Positions 37,642 through 51,377 of a stretch of 64,000 nucleotides of DNA are shown here, in pieces; position 1 is the stretch's first letter, and each line of letters opens with the position of its first letter. Origin of the DNA: Trichodelitschia bisporula (lineage: Eukaryota); contig ML996694.1 in assembly GCA_010356995.1 (NCBI GenBank), forward strand, positions 495,224-559,223, written 5' to 3'. The translations under genes and the position numbers were made by a program. A model generated the notes under the pieces. That model had not been told where the DNA came from. It did not search any database and was given only the letters and a program-made list of their open reading frames with translations.

Positions 37642-38816
37642 ATGTCAGACGGCCTCCTGACGCTGCTCTTGTTGAGTGGCATCATGGCCGCAGCGTAACC
37701 TGTCCGGCCCGCCTATCACCACTCCCTCTAACCTCCTGCAGGTCATTCCTCGCCGGCTCCCTGCCCTTAACCTTCTCCCTCTCCCCCCGCAAACTCCGGC
37801 GCATCTCTGCCATCGGCGCCGGGCTCCTAATCGGCACCGCGCTCATTGTCATCATCCCTGAGGGTATCGACGCAATGTACACCACCACTCCCTCGGTACA
37901 CAACACAAACATCGAGGTCCCCGTCCGCGGCGCCGCAGGCGCAATATCCCTCCACCAACTCCCGCAAGAGGGCTACAGGGAGGAACTCAAAGAGCTAGTC
38001 CAGGGCGTCGCACCCCCGGAGCCGCACGCGCACTCGCGCCGCGCGACGCACGTCGAACCCCAGACCTCCCACGCATGGATCGGAGCCGCCCTCATCGCCG
38101 GCTTCGCTCTCATGTACCTAATCGAAGCCGTCCCCGCCCTGCGTGCCCCGCCCCATACACACGCCGTGCCCTTGTCAAACCTCCCCACCGACGCCGACAC
38201 CGAGTCTCCCTCGCCCATGGACGCACCGAGGTCATCCCGGGCAACCACACTAGGCCTTGTAATCCATGCGTTCGCCGATGGCATCGCGCTTGGCGCCGCG
38301 TCGGCGGGTTCTGGGAGTGGAGAGACGGGGTCGGCGCTTGGCCTTGTCGTCTTCGGCGCGATACTGGTGCACAAGGCGCCGGCGGCGTTTGGGCTTACAT
38401 CGCTGCTTCTGCGGGAGGGACTCGGTAAGCGTACCGCGCGGGCGCACCTTGTGGCATTTAGTCTTGCGGCCCCGCTGGGGGCAATTGTGACGTGGATACT
38501 CGTTGGGTTGGTTGCGGCGGGAAAGGTGGGCACGTGGTGGACGGGAGTTGTGCTAGTGTTCTCCGGAGGGACGTTCTTGTAAGTCTGGGTGAGTGAGAGA
38601 GAGATAATGTTGTGCTGACTGTTTAGATATGTCGCAATGCATGCGATGCAGACTGTGTCGCCTGTGAACCATGCCCACGCGGATGGCTTTGCCGAGCCGC
38701 TTTCTCTGGCCCAGCCCCCACCGAAAAGTAGTCGGGCGGAAGTTGCGCTCGTGGTGTTGGGGATGCTGCTCCCTATGCTGACGCAGGTGGGACATGCCCA
38801 CAGCCATGGAAGCTGA
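37642..38816 (+). CDS. ATX2: ZIP family Zn/Mn transporter (Atx2/ZIP9-like)
   Basis: GAGLLIGTALIVIIPEG, TTLGLVIHAFADGIALGA, HKAPAAFGL, FSGGTFLYVAMH; 2 introns; ends HAHSHGS*. Confidence 0.88.
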
Positions 38817-39008
38817 TGCGGGTTGCTTGTTTGAATTTATAATCTAGACGGTCATCTTTGCACGAGATAGCGTGGGAATAGGTTGGCGCAGGTGTCATGT
38901 ATGAGTATATGTGGATGGATGCGCGACTGCAGTACTGTTTACTACTCAACCGACTTTCAGGCCTACAGGTCCATACACGAAGCCTGACTTCAACATGAAG
39001 CTATAGAT

Positions 39009-41118
39009 CTACCTCTTCCCCTTCTTTTTCTTCTTTGCACCCGCTCCACTGCCCGGTCCGACAACTCCCGCCTTTTCAACAACCGGCTTATCCTCCGCCA
39101 CAGGCCCTCCCTGCGTCAACCCAGCCGCACGCGCCTTGCCCTTCCTCCCCTTCGGCTTCCAGTAACTCCGCTCCCGAAGCGGCAACCACCGCTCGGGATC
39201 CATCTTCTTCCCCTCCACAAACTCCTTCGGCATCCTGCTGGCTCGAATCCGCTTCTTGACTGTCTTGTCCTTCCCCTCCGCGGGCCGCTTCTTCACAGCC
39301 GTCTCCACCGAGCTTGTCGGCGCTGTTCGCGCCACACCCGCGCTCTCCAGCGCTGCGGCGTCGAGGTCGGCGACTAGACGTGCTGCTGGTGTGAGCGCTG
39401 CAAGCAGGTCTAGGGTAACTGCTGTCGGGTTGGTAGTGGCAAGCGAGGCGACGAGACCAGCGGTGTTAGCGCGGTCAGAGGAGATTTGTTCATGCAGGCT
39501 AGTGAAGATAGCGAGGGCGGTCTCAGCGTCTTCAGGGACGTCGGATTCTAGCAGGGCAGCGCCGGCGGCTTTGAATAGGTTCGGGTGCAGGAGGGGATCG
39601 GAAGGTGAACCTTGCTGCGAGCGCCAGTAGGCGGCGGCTTTGGCGAGTTCTCTTCGGATGTGCGTCTTGCGGCCTTGTAAGGAGTAAAGGGATATCAAAG
39701 TTGCAACCAGGCCAGGGGCATAGCGTACATCCAAGGACTGGGAAGTATCTGACTCCTCCAGACGCGTTAGGAACTTTTCCAGGAGATTGATGGCCGAGGA
39801 ATGGTTGTTAGTAAGGAGGTAGAGCTGCAAGATGGTGAGGAGCAGTCCCACGTCGTTCGGCCGCTGCTCCAGAAGGGGTAGTATGAATTTGAGTGCGCTT
39901 TTACCGGTTTCACCCTGGGCACAAGCCGCCGTGTTGAGGGTAGAAACCGAGTTCACCACCGCTGAGGTTGTAGGAGACGGATGTGACGAAAGATAACGCG
40001 ATGTAGAGCTTGCCACTCCTTTGTACTTGAGAGAACGCAAATCCAAGGTGTACTGATCTTGACGGACGAGAGAAGACTGGTACTCAAAGAGCAAGTCATT
40101 CTTCGGGAGCGGTTCAGAATGTTCGAACAGCCTCTGAACCATGAAAGGGTTATCTGTGCCAGGGGAAACGACCAATCCGTTGATGCGAGCTATCTGCCGC
40201 GTAGAGAGGTCGGGAATTCTATTCAAATCAGTTGGTCCTGGCACAGTGCCATGGAAGACATACCCTGACAGCTCAATGGTTTCGAAAAGCCTGGCCGCCT
40301 GCTCATTACGCCCTTGCTGGATCAGCACGTAGAGCTGTTGAGTGAGGATAGGGAGCAGCTCGGCCCTCTTTTCGTCCTCGGGGAGATCTTCAGAGGCAGT
40401 GCAGAGATCTGGAGGCATCAGCATCATCCAGCAAGCCTTTGGGCTTCCTACCTTTGGCACGCTGCAGAAGTACTTGGCCCTCTAGCAAAGAACCCCGGCT
40501 TATACTCGCACAAGCAGCATTATAGGCACTCTCAAAGGCCTCTAAATCCTCTTTCTGTGGCTTCTTCCTCTTGACCAGATGCCCATTGCCCTGCCACTCC
40601 AGCTGAGCATCAACGGCCACGCTGTTGATCCGCAGGTCGTTCTCCTCGCCCATGGCGCGCGCCGACGGCCCCTCAAGCTGGCTATAAACGCTAGCTGCTC
40701 GGTCAAATTTCTCGAGTCGGTAGGACTGTATCGGGTGTAAGCTCAAGCGCGCCTGTGTGTGACGACAGATTTATACCGTTTGTGCGAGGACGTGTTTGGC
40801 GCCTCTGTCGCCTTCTCCTGTAGCGGCAGCTTGCCCCGCCACATCCAACGCCTTCTCCAGATCTCCCGCTTTGTACAGCGCATAAGAATATTCCAGCTGA
40901 GCATGCTGCTTAAGCGCATCGCCGGCTTCGTCGAAGGCACGCAAGGCGTCGGCAAAGCGGTCCAGCTTCAGCAGTGCCACAACACGGGCCTGCTGGGCCA
41001 CAACATCGGTCTTTGCCTTCTTCAACGCAGCGTTAGCGGCCTTGAGGATGTCTTCGTTGTTCGAGTGGAGGTGGGTTTGGCGGAAGAGCGCAGAGAGCTC
41101 GGGTACCGTGGTCGCCAT
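39009..41118 (-). CDS. SRP72: Signal recognition particle subunit SRP72
   Basis: N-terminal TPR region (VVALLKLDRF, YALYKAG, YRLEKF) and RNA-binding motif DPERWLPLRERSYW; 3 introns. Confidence 0.93.
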
Positions 41119-41685
41119 GGCGGGATTGTCTGGAGCTGCACTTAGGGGTCGATTGAGGAAAGCTCTAAAATATTATGCAATTCTCATGGCAGGATGTCCA
41201 TGGGATTCGTGCTTGGGGGGTAGGGTAAGTTGTGGACTCGCCGGATCGTGGAACATATCGTTTTCTGGTGGGGATGGCGTGGGGTTGTGGATGGCAGCCA
41301 AGATTCGCGACCGGGGTTGGTGCAGCTTATCCTATTACGGTAACTACTTTGAACGTCACCTCACGAACCCCACTTTGACGTCGACGAGCCTATGCGAGTA
41401 TCCAGACCGCGTGACAAGGATAAAGGCCTAAGCTGGGTACATCTACATGGTGATTGTAGTATCCAAGTCGAATGTATGTATTCAAGTCGGACGAATATAT
41501 CCAAGCCGGACGTCTAGGTCCCAGCCGCTGACACACCACTGGTTCAATCTGCTGCCAATCGCAGTCTCAGCAAGAATGGACCGGAGCACCACAGCAAAAG
41601 ATGCAAGACAGAAAGAGATACATCACTCTGGATGAACCAATGCATTGTTACCGTGCCCGTACCCAGTCTAGAAGTTCTGCCATCC

Positions 41686-43530
41686 CTAATCCTCGAAGAA
41701 CACAACCAAAAGCCCGATCCAACTCCCCACCACCCCAAGCGCCGAATACGCACTAGTGAACATGAGTGGCAAAAACTCAAGCCTCTCCCGAAACACCAAG
41801 CCGTGCACAAGAGAGCAATAAAGAACTAGGGGCCCTGCAACTGCCGTATACATCACCGTGAACCGGTCAAACAGGTGTCGGCGCTGATGTGTGCTGGGCG
41901 GCGCTACAGCGTCAAACGCGGCGCCAAAAACTAGCAGCCATAGCAGTGTATAAGCCACTTTGCCAAACCATTCTTGTGCTGTGAAGAGCAGCGGGAAAAG
42001 GCTGACGTGCCCGGCAACGGCGACCGGCTCGAATGCGGCAAGGTGGCGTCGGTCACGGAGCGCGATGAGTGTGAAGGGGAGAATGATGAGGAGAATGGCT
42101 TTCTCGTGCACGTGCCAACCGAAAAGGAAGGAGGAATACGCGGTCAGGGTGAGGGTTGAGATGAAGGTTGAGGGGCTGGGGTGGACAAAGAGCTTGATGA
42201 GGGCGGGCTAGTTTGGAGTTAGAAAGTAACCGACGGATTATGGGGACGTACGAGTTGGGTGAGGATGGTGAGGACGAAGGTGAGCCGTGGGGAGATCTCG
42301 GGGAGCACGGCAAAGGAAGTGTCGCCGACCAAACCACGTGTAACGCTGTTAAGAGCGGCTTGATTAACCGGCAGTTTTAGGTAGGGCGCAACTAGGTTGT
42401 GAGCAGGGCACCCGATGAAGCAGACAGCCACACGTACGGTAGATCAAAATGCGATCGGCAAAGGAATATATCGCCCAGACATTGGGCGCCCAGTACGCAT
42501 GACATAGGCCGCGCGAGAAGGGAAACAGTCTGCTCAGTAGCTGCGGCATCTGGCCCCATGCCACGAACGGCCCAAAGGCGGCCCCAAAGATGACGGCCAA
42601 GCCGAAGCCCAGCTTCACGCAGTTAGCGAAGCGGATACTGAACATAGAGCGGAGGCAGTAGGCGCGTAGGAGGTAGACGAAGTAGGCCGGAGCGAGGTAG
42701 AGGTAAATGTGTTTAAAACACAGCAGTACGGCGAAGAGAAGACCACTCAAGAGTAGTGTTGATTGCTTCTGCGAGTAGACCAGCGACAGAATGAGGAGGC
42801 CGTACATGGCACCATTGTATTGGAAGTGGATATGATCGATGATGAGCAGACCCGGGGAGAGAAAGACGGCTATGGCCGCCACTTGCGCTGTGTGTTTTTG
42901 GGACGAATTTTGAACATATCTGAAGGTTAGATGGCAAGGCGAACCGGGCATGGACATACTTGTGCAGAGAATAGAACAGCACGACCTCGCTCAAGATGAC
43001 AGTTAAGCGCTGAAAATAGACTGTTTGCCAGCTGTCATAGCCCAGATTCTGAATCTGAAGCATAAGAGGGTCGGCATGTCGTGCTAGTTGCGATAAAGCC
43101 CATTCGAAGTAGGCGAAGAAGGGCGGGTAGTCGAGAGTCCATTCCGATGTTTTCTAACGCTTGACATTAGCGACTGGTGTTGCGGATAGTTCCTGATTTG
43201 AAGATCATGTGATATTGCCCAATATGGCTTTCTAACAAGGCCAGCATGGGAGAGGCTGGAGGGGCGGGGATGAAAAATGTAACAAGAGTATGTAAGTGGG
43301 ACAACAATGGCTACCAACCTCGAAGTACCACTCTCTGACGGGCAGCGAATGGGTGAGGGCTAGCCAGTTCCGATGCACCTCGAAGTCGGTGGATTTACTA
43401 TATTTAGTCAGTATCACATACTCAGAGTATGGCTGGGCGGCAGCGAGACGGACTATGCAGGAAACAGGAGCAGTTTGAAGGCCGTTGCGACGACGGCGCA
43501 CTGGGCAAGGGAGGGGTGGACGTCGGACAT
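41686..43530 (-). CDS. ALG8: Dolichyl-P-Glc alpha-1,3-glucosyltransferase Alg8
   Basis: [69 protein letters not shown]; 5 introns. Confidence 0.94.
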
Positions 43531-46212
43531 GGTAGCGCTATGGGTACGGCAGCATGGTGTGTGTGGGGGAAAGAGAAGAAGAGTGAGATGTTTAGATTTT
43601 CTCTACTTCTGCGAGTGTAGGAAGTTCGTGATGCTGATCGGGTGCGGGGGAGGTTGAGAAGATGTTTTGCTTCGCTTTGCTTCGCTTTGCTCACCCATGG
43701 AACCCGACAACTGTTCAATTGGCAGAGAAAGATGTGTGGCTGGTGGCTAGTTGAACTTGTGGCACAGCAATAATGCATTGCTTGCATCCCAAGAGAGCTT
43801 AGCTCAAAGAAGGTTCAGCCGTGCAGAAGAAGCCGGGGAGTTTAGCGGGGGGGTGGCGGGCGGCAGCTTCCCGAAGCAGAATCCCTGACCCCCTCTTTTC
43901 TTTCGGCAACCCTGCATCTCGTCCCCATTCCGGGAAGTTGGTGGAACGAAAGACTGAGAGAGAGAGAGAGGCACGATGACCTCGGGTTCAAGTGTACATA
44001 CGTACAGTACCCTCAGCTGCAAAGTCTCAGAGAATAATGAATCGGGTTTGACGTAAGCTAAGCGAACGTTGGGACGGATTGAATCCACTCTATCCCTTCG
44101 GAAGTATCCAGATTAATTGCGCAAGACCATCTATTATTCCCTTCTAACTGACAACTTTTCTCTAACTGAAGACGTTATCCGTATCGCCGGGATCAGTGCA
44201 ACGGGTCCGCACGCGAGAGAAATGAGGAGTTCGGACGGGGAAAGGAGTCTAGTCAGGAACAGCTCAGGAACAGCTTGGTGGTGCAGCTGGGGACCAGGGT
44301 TGGGGGGGGGGGGCAGGCAAGGTGCTGCTGCACTACTGCAAGACTGCAGCAGATGTGCGTATATTCAGGGACACACAGCACCCTTCCTACTGAATATTTA
44401 GTGACTCGAGTCACTATTTCACAGTGGGTACCCCCTCTGAGATCCCCTAAATGGGCGAGTTTGTAGAGCATCCCCAGGGCGATTCTCCGTTGTTTCAGTG
44501 CAATTGCCCTGCCTCGCATCCCGCTTCCACTGCCAGTCAGTTCTCCCACGCCCCCCCTTCACACTTTCACTCCCTTCCCTCGCCAAGTCTAGCCCCACAA
44601 CCCGTCAACCTGGTGCGCCATTGGATGGGTGGGACTCTGCCAAGAAGGGAGCTGCAATTTCAATGCCAGGGGAAGGGAGGGGTTAGAGGAGAGGGGAGAA
44701 GGAGAAGGAGAGTGAATGAGGCCATATGGCAACGAGAAGGAGGTGAACTGGGAGATATGCCAGTAGTAAATGATGCTGGAAGCCGTTGAATATGCAGCAA
44801 GATGCACGACATCTTTTGAGCAGAGATTGTACTCCGCAGTATTGCCCGTATTCAAGAAACCGATAATAGAAACATTTGGTGTGCATGCACGCCAAATCTG
44901 GCCCTCCCTCTTTCTCCACATCACCCCTACTTTGCCAGGCACACTACACAGAACCCTAGTGAAAGGGTCCACACCCGTGAGAGTGCGAGGGAGGAAAGAG
45001 CAGTCTTGCCCCGATCTAATCTCTCGTGCCTGGTCCCTTCCCGCTACCCGCTCGCCTCCCCCGTCCTTCTCTTCCGTCCCTTCAACCTCCAAACATCACC
45101 ATCTCCAACTCCAAAACCTCTTCTTCCTCTCTCATTCCGTCTTTTGTTCTCCTCACCCAATTCCTTCACTTTTTGCTCAACCTTCGCTTCTTATTCACCT
45201 TCACATTCGTTCCATTCCTCACTTCTTTGGCCCTTCTCTTAACCCTATTACTTCACCGCTTCTCTCAACACTCCGGACCTCGTCTCCGCATTGTCATAAC
45301 TTCTATCTCCAAGTGTATCGCGAACCACTTGTTCCCCCTTCTTCTCCACTCTATACCGCCGTACAAGCTCCCAGAAGCTCACTCCCTCCCCCTTCTTGGC
45401 CAAAGCATCTGTTTCGCGACATCGTCTTCCTAAACAGTGGCCATTCCCGACTATTGCTCACCCCACACACACACCCCCCCCCCCCCCCCGGCCATCAAGC
45501 ATCTCGCTCCATCCCCACTTGCGGCGTAAACAGACAGCCAAGGCCGTGCACCGTCGCTAGGCCGGTGAATAATTGCTTCTGCTGCGCGGTCCATCTGTCG
45601 TCGCCTGAGCAAAAGGTCACTCACATAGGAGCTCCTCCGCCTTTTCCTCCTCAACCTTCTTGGACAACCCCTTCGTCCCACCTCTTAACATTTGTTCGAC
45701 TACTTCCGCTTGTTCTTCAATCTATGTCACTTTAATCTCGCGCCTTTCAGTTACCATTAAAAACCTAGGGTATTCGAAAGAAAGAGTGTCGCTTCACTCC
45801 CCCTTGCAAAGCTCATTGTAACGGATACTCACAATTCGCCTGGCCCTTTCTCCCGTAAGCTCCCCTCTCCATCAGCCCTCCCTCTCTTCACGCTCCACCA
45901 TTCCTCTCGCGAAAGACCCGCTTGCATGCATTCTTCCCCCCTCCGCTCCTCTGGGTTCAAAATTCCTGACAATCTCTGTCTAGGCTTGTGGCGCTGAAAT
46001 TGCCATTCTTGAAAGCGAAGGGATCTTTGTTTTTCGGTCGCCTTGTGGTCGTTGCGTTCGTGTGTCAATTGTAATATACCCCGTTTGCGCCATTCAACCT
46101 CTCTCATCCCTCTCTCAGCGCCTTTGTCCGGTCAACCTACCGGGCAACCCATAATCTTTCCACCACGGCTGTCCTCGCACAAAGTCCGCGGGAATTCCCT
46201 CTCCCGCCGCAC

Positions 46213-48696
46213 ATGCTTACTATGCAGCATCAAGAGGTCCCCAACGGCCACCACCACTCTGCTCGCCTCCCGTCTTTTTCCAAGCCAGTAATGAACGGTG
46301 AACACGGCGGCTTCCCTCAGGGAGCTTTCCATTCGAGCCAGGCTTCGCTTGGTGGCTATTCCGATGGTCGGCCCCAGCGCTCAAACATCCCCAACATCAA
46401 CACGGCGCGCCTCGCTCAGGCCCAGCAGCAGCAGAACGAAATGCAAACTCCTGGTACTGCCTTTGACATGAACTTCACGCCGCTCCTGCCGTCGCAGCTG
46501 CTTCTGGGGAGCCCGTTTCAGCCCGGTTCGCCCAATGCTTTCACCTCGCCGCAATTCCAGAGCTTCGGCTTCGGCAACGGACACGCGCAGCAGAATCAGC
46601 AAAATCACATGAGTCCCGTAGGCGGACAGGGGCCCGGAATGAACCACAGCATCTATCAGAACATCCTCTCACCGGCTGGTGTCGGGCCTGGCTCATACTT
46701 GGGCCCACAGTCTCCGACGGGCCATTTCGGTCACTTCGGCGGCCAAGCAATGGGCTTGGGTGGTCCTATGGGCATTTCGCCAAATATGATTTCTGGCACG
46801 AGCCGTACGGTGTATCTCGGCAACATCCCGCCGGAGACGTCAGCGGAAGAAATTCTGGGTCACGTCCGCAGCGGTCAGATTGAGTCCGTGCGCCTTCTGC
46901 CCGACAAGAACTGCGCCTTTATCTCCTTCCTGGACAGCAGCTCGGCAACGCACTTCCATTCGGATGCCATTCTCAAGAAGCTCTCCATCAAGGGCCAGGA
47001 CATCAAGGTTGGCTGGGGCAAGCCGTCGCAAGTGCCGACGTCTGTTGCTCTGGCTGTGCAGCAGTCGGGCGCGTCGCGCAACGTGTATCTCGGCAACCTG
47101 CTGGAAGACATTACCGAGGACGAGTTGCGCGAGGATCTAGGCAAGTTTGGAGCTATTGACACTGTCAAGATTGTGCGTGAGAAACATATTGGTTTCGTCC
47201 ACTTCTTGTCCATCGGCAACGCCATCAAGGCCGTCTCGCAGCTTCCGCAGGAGGCAAAGTGGCAGCCTCCCCGTCGTGTATACTACGGCAAGGACCGCTG
47301 TGCTTACGTCTCCAAGACGCAGCAGCAAAATGCGGCTCAGTACTTGGGCATCGCTCCTGGATTTGCCCATGTACTCAACGGTGCAGACCGGGATCTAATT
47401 TCCAATGCGCTGGCCCAGCAGTCGGTGGCTGCTGCGGCGGTGGCAACCTCGGCTGGTGGTGTGAATAATCTGGGAAACCGGACGGTGTATCTCGGAAACA
47501 TCCACCCAGAGACGACGATCGAGGAAATTTGCAATGTTGTGCGGGGAGGCCTGTTGCACCATATTCGTTACATCCCGGATAAGCATATTTGCTTCGTCAC
47601 CTTCATCGACCCCACGTCGGCCGCGTCGTTCTACGCTCTGAGCAATCTTCAGGGATTGATGATCCACAACCGCCGCCTTAAGATTGGCTGGGGTAAGCAT
47701 TCGGGAGCGCTCCCACCTGCCATTGCCCTAGCCGTTAGCGGTGGCGCGTCGCGTAATGTATACATTGGCAACCTGGATGAATCTTGGACGGAGGAGCGTC
47801 TCCGCCAGGACTTTTCCGAGTACGGCGAGATCGAGTTGGTCAACACGCTGCGTGAGAAGAGCTGCGCCTTTGTCAACTTCACAAACATTGCCAATGCCAT
47901 CAAGGCTATCGAGGCAGTGCGTGGTAAGGAGGAGTACAAGCGGTTCAAGGTCAACTTTGGCAAAGACCGTTGTGGCAACCCTCCGCGCCAGCTCAACCAT
48001 AACCATAATCACCAGAACGGCGACAACCTCTCCTCGCCCTCTCCCGTTAACGGTCGTCAGGCGAGCCCGTCCAACGGTGTTCCCGCCCCGACCGGTATCC
48101 TCAACACCGGCCCCACAAACCCCTTGATGCTCTACCTGCAGCAAACACAGCAAAACCAAGTCCATGCTGCCGCGCAACAGGCCCAGGCCCAGCACCAAGT
48201 CCACCAACAGCAGTACCAGCACCACACCGAGATGAACCCGCATGCCACGCAGGCCTTCACCTCCGCCCAGGCCCAGGCCGCCTTTTACTCCGCTGATCAC
48301 TCCCCGCATATGACGCCCGCGCCGCAGCAGCCGATGCACCACACGCCGTCGCACCCGACCGGTCCCTCGCACGGCGCATCCGCGTCGTTCAGCCTTGCTA
48401 ACGGCTCGTCTGGCCCGCAAGCGAACGGCATGAATGGCGCGCCCACAATCGGCGGTCTGCTCGCCCCGTCGAACATGCCCGGTGCGCGGAATGGGCTGAA
48501 CGGTGCCCAGCATGCGCGTGCTGTCAGCTTGCCAGTTTTCACACAGGCTCAGGGACCAGGGCTGCCCGCCGTGCAGCAGGGAAATGGATACGGGTACGCG
48601 GTGGGGCCGGGTTACGGTCTCGCGATTGAGAGTGCGGGAGTGAATGGACACGGGGGCCTTCAGGGATGGGCGGAGGAGGAGATGGGGGCTCAGTGA
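46213..48696 (+). CDS. MRN1: Four-RRM RNA-binding protein (S. cerevisiae Mrn1 / S. pombe Nrd1 family)
   Basis: Intronless 827-aa ORF with four RRMs ([36 protein letters not shown]) and two GKDRC motifs; low-complexity Q/N/H/G termini. Confidence 0.9.
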   Translation: MLTMQHQEVPNGHHHSARLPSFSKPVMNGEHGGFPQGAFHSSQASLGGYSDGRPQRSNIPNINTARLAQAQQQQNEMQTPGTAFDMNFTPLLPSQLLLGSPFQPGSPNAFTSPQFQSFGFGNGHAQQNQQNHMSPVGGQGPGMNHSIYQNILSPAGVGPGSYLGPQSPTGHFGHFGGQAMGLGGPMGISPNMISGTSRTVYLGNIPPETSAEEILGHVRSGQIESVRLLPDKNCAFISFLDSSSATHFHSDAILKKLSIKGQDIKVGWGKPSQVPTSVALAVQQSGASRNVYLGNLLEDITEDELREDLGKFGAIDTVKIVREKHIGFVHFLSIGNAIKAVSQLPQEAKWQPPRRVYYGKDRCAYVSKTQQQNAAQYLGIAPGFAHVLNGADRDLISNALAQQSVAAAAVATSAGGVNNLGNRTVYLGNIHPETTIEEICNVVRGGLLHHIRYIPDKHICFVTFIDPTSAASFYALSNLQGLMIHNRRLKIGWGKHSGALPPAIALAVSGGASRNVYIGNLDESWTEERLRQDFSEYGEIELVNTLREKSCAFVNFTNIANAIKAIEAVRGKEEYKRFKVNFGKDRCGNPPRQLNHNHNHQNGDNLSSPSPVNGRQASPSNGVPAPTGILNTGPTNPLMLYLQQTQQNQVHAAAQQAQAQHQVHQQQYQHHTEMNPHATQAFTSAQAQAAFYSADHSPHMTPAPQQPMHHTPSHPTGPSHGASASFSLANGSSGPQANGMNGAPTIGGLLAPSNMPGARNGLNGAQHARAVSLPVFTQAQGPGLPAVQQGNGYGYAVGPGYGLAIESAGVNGHGGLQGWAEEEMGAQ

Positions 48697-49835
48697 GTTG
48701 ACGGAGGAGTCATCCAGTGGGTTTGGGTTTCTGGCCGTCTTGTTCTCTGCATGCTTCTGCTTCCTCCTGCCCTATCCCCACGGAATCCACTAATTCTACC
48801 CTTTTCATCTCTGTTTCCTTTTGTGCGTGGGGCTGGTTTGGGCGACTGCGTTGACTATCCTTAATATCTCCTTTTCGAGCTGTGTTTTTTGCGAGGTTGT
48901 TGTTTACGTGTTTGTGGCTTGCTGTTTGAGAAAGGATATCAAAGTTGGAAAACGGATTCAGTGGTGGACTGGCTGACTCCACTGACCCATCCATTCGCGA
49001 AAGTACTGTATTGTAACTCCCCCATACCCCCGTTGCGCGTTTTTCTTTTGCGTCTGCTGCTGAGCATAGGGATACACGGAGTAAGCGAGAGGGCACTGGT
49101 TGGATCTTTAGGATTGGGCCTGGTAGGCGGTGCGGAGCGGCACTGCACAAAATCATTGGGATCTGTTTGTGATGGTGATGGTGGCGTGGCAGAGGAGGAT
49201 AATACGCGCTGGGATATAGGCGTTGAGATAGAGGCCCCTGTTAACTAGGAGACGTGGGAGATGCGAGAATGCGGCAACGTGTGGCTGTTATGTTGAACTG
49301 CACTATTTTGCGCGGTGACGATGTGCATGGTGATGCTGTTTGGGGATGTGCTTAGATGGGAAGCTTGATACTGCTTTGGGCAATACGTGCCAAGACTACC
49401 CCGCATGTTCCAATTCGTGGGGTCTGGTTAACCAGAGTAGGACGTCGTGGAGGGGAAGTGGGGCATGGAGAGTCGTCTAGTATGCACAGGGATATGTGTG
49501 CGGGCAGTGTGGTCGTTAAGGATCCTGGGACCTTAATTGCAAACTGTGTTGCAATTGAGTCACTACGAGGCAATGCAGCAAAATTTCACGAACACAAACA
49601 GCTGAGATGATTTAGCACGAAAAAGGTCCAACATGTTCATTGCTCATCCACCCACCAGAAGACTGCTAATGTTGCTTTACCGAATCTCACGTTTGCTTCA
49701 TGGCCCGCACATATCAGCCGAAACTTCCCAAGCTCCATCCATCCAGGACTCTCAACCCAACAAGCAACATGCGGCAGTCCACACTCCCCACTCCCCGACT
49801 CCGGTATAATACAACCGCTTCCCCCTTCGAGAACA

Positions 49836-51377
49836 TCACCACTCCCCCCACCCATCATCCTTCTCCTTCTCCTTCTCTTCCTTTGCCCCACCTCCAGGGA
49901 CTGCAGGCTTCCTTACGGCCATAGTCCCAATACTCCCCTTCGTCTTCCCTCCCGCCGCACCCGTCATCCCGCTCACCGCAGAACCAAGCCCACTCACTGC
50001 ACCCCCGATGGCCCCAAAGAGGGCCGCTCCAGGCGGCGGTCGATCCCCAGCAATCGCGCCAAACTCATCCCAGAAGTCCTTGCGCTCGGGCTCGGGCTTC
50101 TTACGTGCCCCGGGCCCGCCGGAAAGCGGTACGGTGCTCGACTGGCCAGCCGCAGACGCGAAGTCGTCCCAAAATGCGCGCTTGTCTGGGTCCGGGCCGG
50201 TGGCACCGCTGCGGGCTTGTTGTCCGTGGGCATTTTCGCCTTCGACGAAGCGTGTGAGGGTTTCGGTTGCGGTGCGTGTGCCTGTCTGCAGAGTTGTGGT
50301 GACGGTGCTGCCGACTGTGAGGGCTGTGGCGCGGGCCTGGGCGGCGAGATCGGCTTCAGTGAGCTGTCATATGTTAGCCGCGAAGCCCTCTCATACAGAG
50401 TAGGAAGCGTAGACAAGGCAGAGAGAACTTACTTTCCGCACGCCTTCACTCGCTCCCTTCGCCACTGTCATGCCCAACCAGCCAAACCCCTTGGTCAAGG
50501 CACCAACAGGATCCTTCGTAAAATCGTCTACTCCCGGAATCCCGAGTCCGAGATCATTCTGTGCCGGCTCCGGACCCGGATCAGACCCGAACCCAGTGTA
50601 CTTTCCTCCCTGACTCGGCGGCAGATGCTCTGGCCTCGCCGCATTCTCAGCCCCGACCCGTGCAAGGAAGGCCTCCGTCTGCGCCTTGCGCGCCGCATTA
50701 GTCGCCGCTGATGACGAAAGTGACGATGTCCCAAGCGCGGGTGACGCGGAGCGCGACCCGAGCGCTGAGCCCGAGCTCCCACTGGCAGCAACCCGCTGCG
50801 CTGGTGTACCCGCGCGACTACCGCCCAGACTCGGCGCCTTCCGCGCGGGAGCTGGCTTCTTCTCGGAGGGCACGTACTCGCGGCCTTCTATCTTTGCCGT
50901 CAGGCGCTCCTTCCATTCTTCGGCCGCGTCGCAGTCGTAGCGCTCGGCGATGGTGCAGTCGTCGAAGGTGCGGGCCTCGAGCTTGTTGCTAGAGTGTGTG
51001 TTGAAGAAGGCTTTCCACGGCCCGTTGCCCCCCGCTGCCATACGTGCCAGCTCGGCCGGCTTAAACCCGTCCATACTGATGCTGCGCACGAAGGAGATGT
51101 GGACGCCCAGCCCCCGGTGAACGCCGGAGCAGGTCAGGCACATGAAGATGCCGAGCTTGGGGGAAGCCTGCCGGGCGGTTGAGCTGGAGATGCGGGGTAG
51201 ATGGCGAGAGCACATACCCATTGCGGGCTCGGGGCGCCGCAGTCCACGCACGCGTTGTTCCCATTCTCCTTTTGTATGGCGAGGAGCTGGTGAGGGAGTC
51301 AGTATGGGCTTCCAGTTGCAAAGTAGCGTCAATGACAAACTTACTTTGTTTCTCGTCTCGGGATCGACCTCCCACAT
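49836..51377 (-). CDS. GCS1: ADP-ribosylation factor GTPase-activating protein (Gcs1/ArfGAP1)
   Basis: MWEVDPETR, CVDCGAPSPQWAS..GIFMCLTCSGVHRGLGVHISFVRSI zinc finger, LPPSQGGKYTGFG, FWDDF motifs; 3 introns; ends DDGWGEW*. Confidence 0.92.

Noticed and set aside
44770..45735. 321-aa ORF upstream of MRN1
   Set aside because: P/S/L/H-rich translation of pyrimidine-rich DNA in which stops are compositionally rare; no domain.
47649..48651. Long antisense ORFs over MRN1 (and similar ones over SAP190, laccase and PDA1)
   Set aside because: Expected shadows of GC3-biased sense coding sequence.
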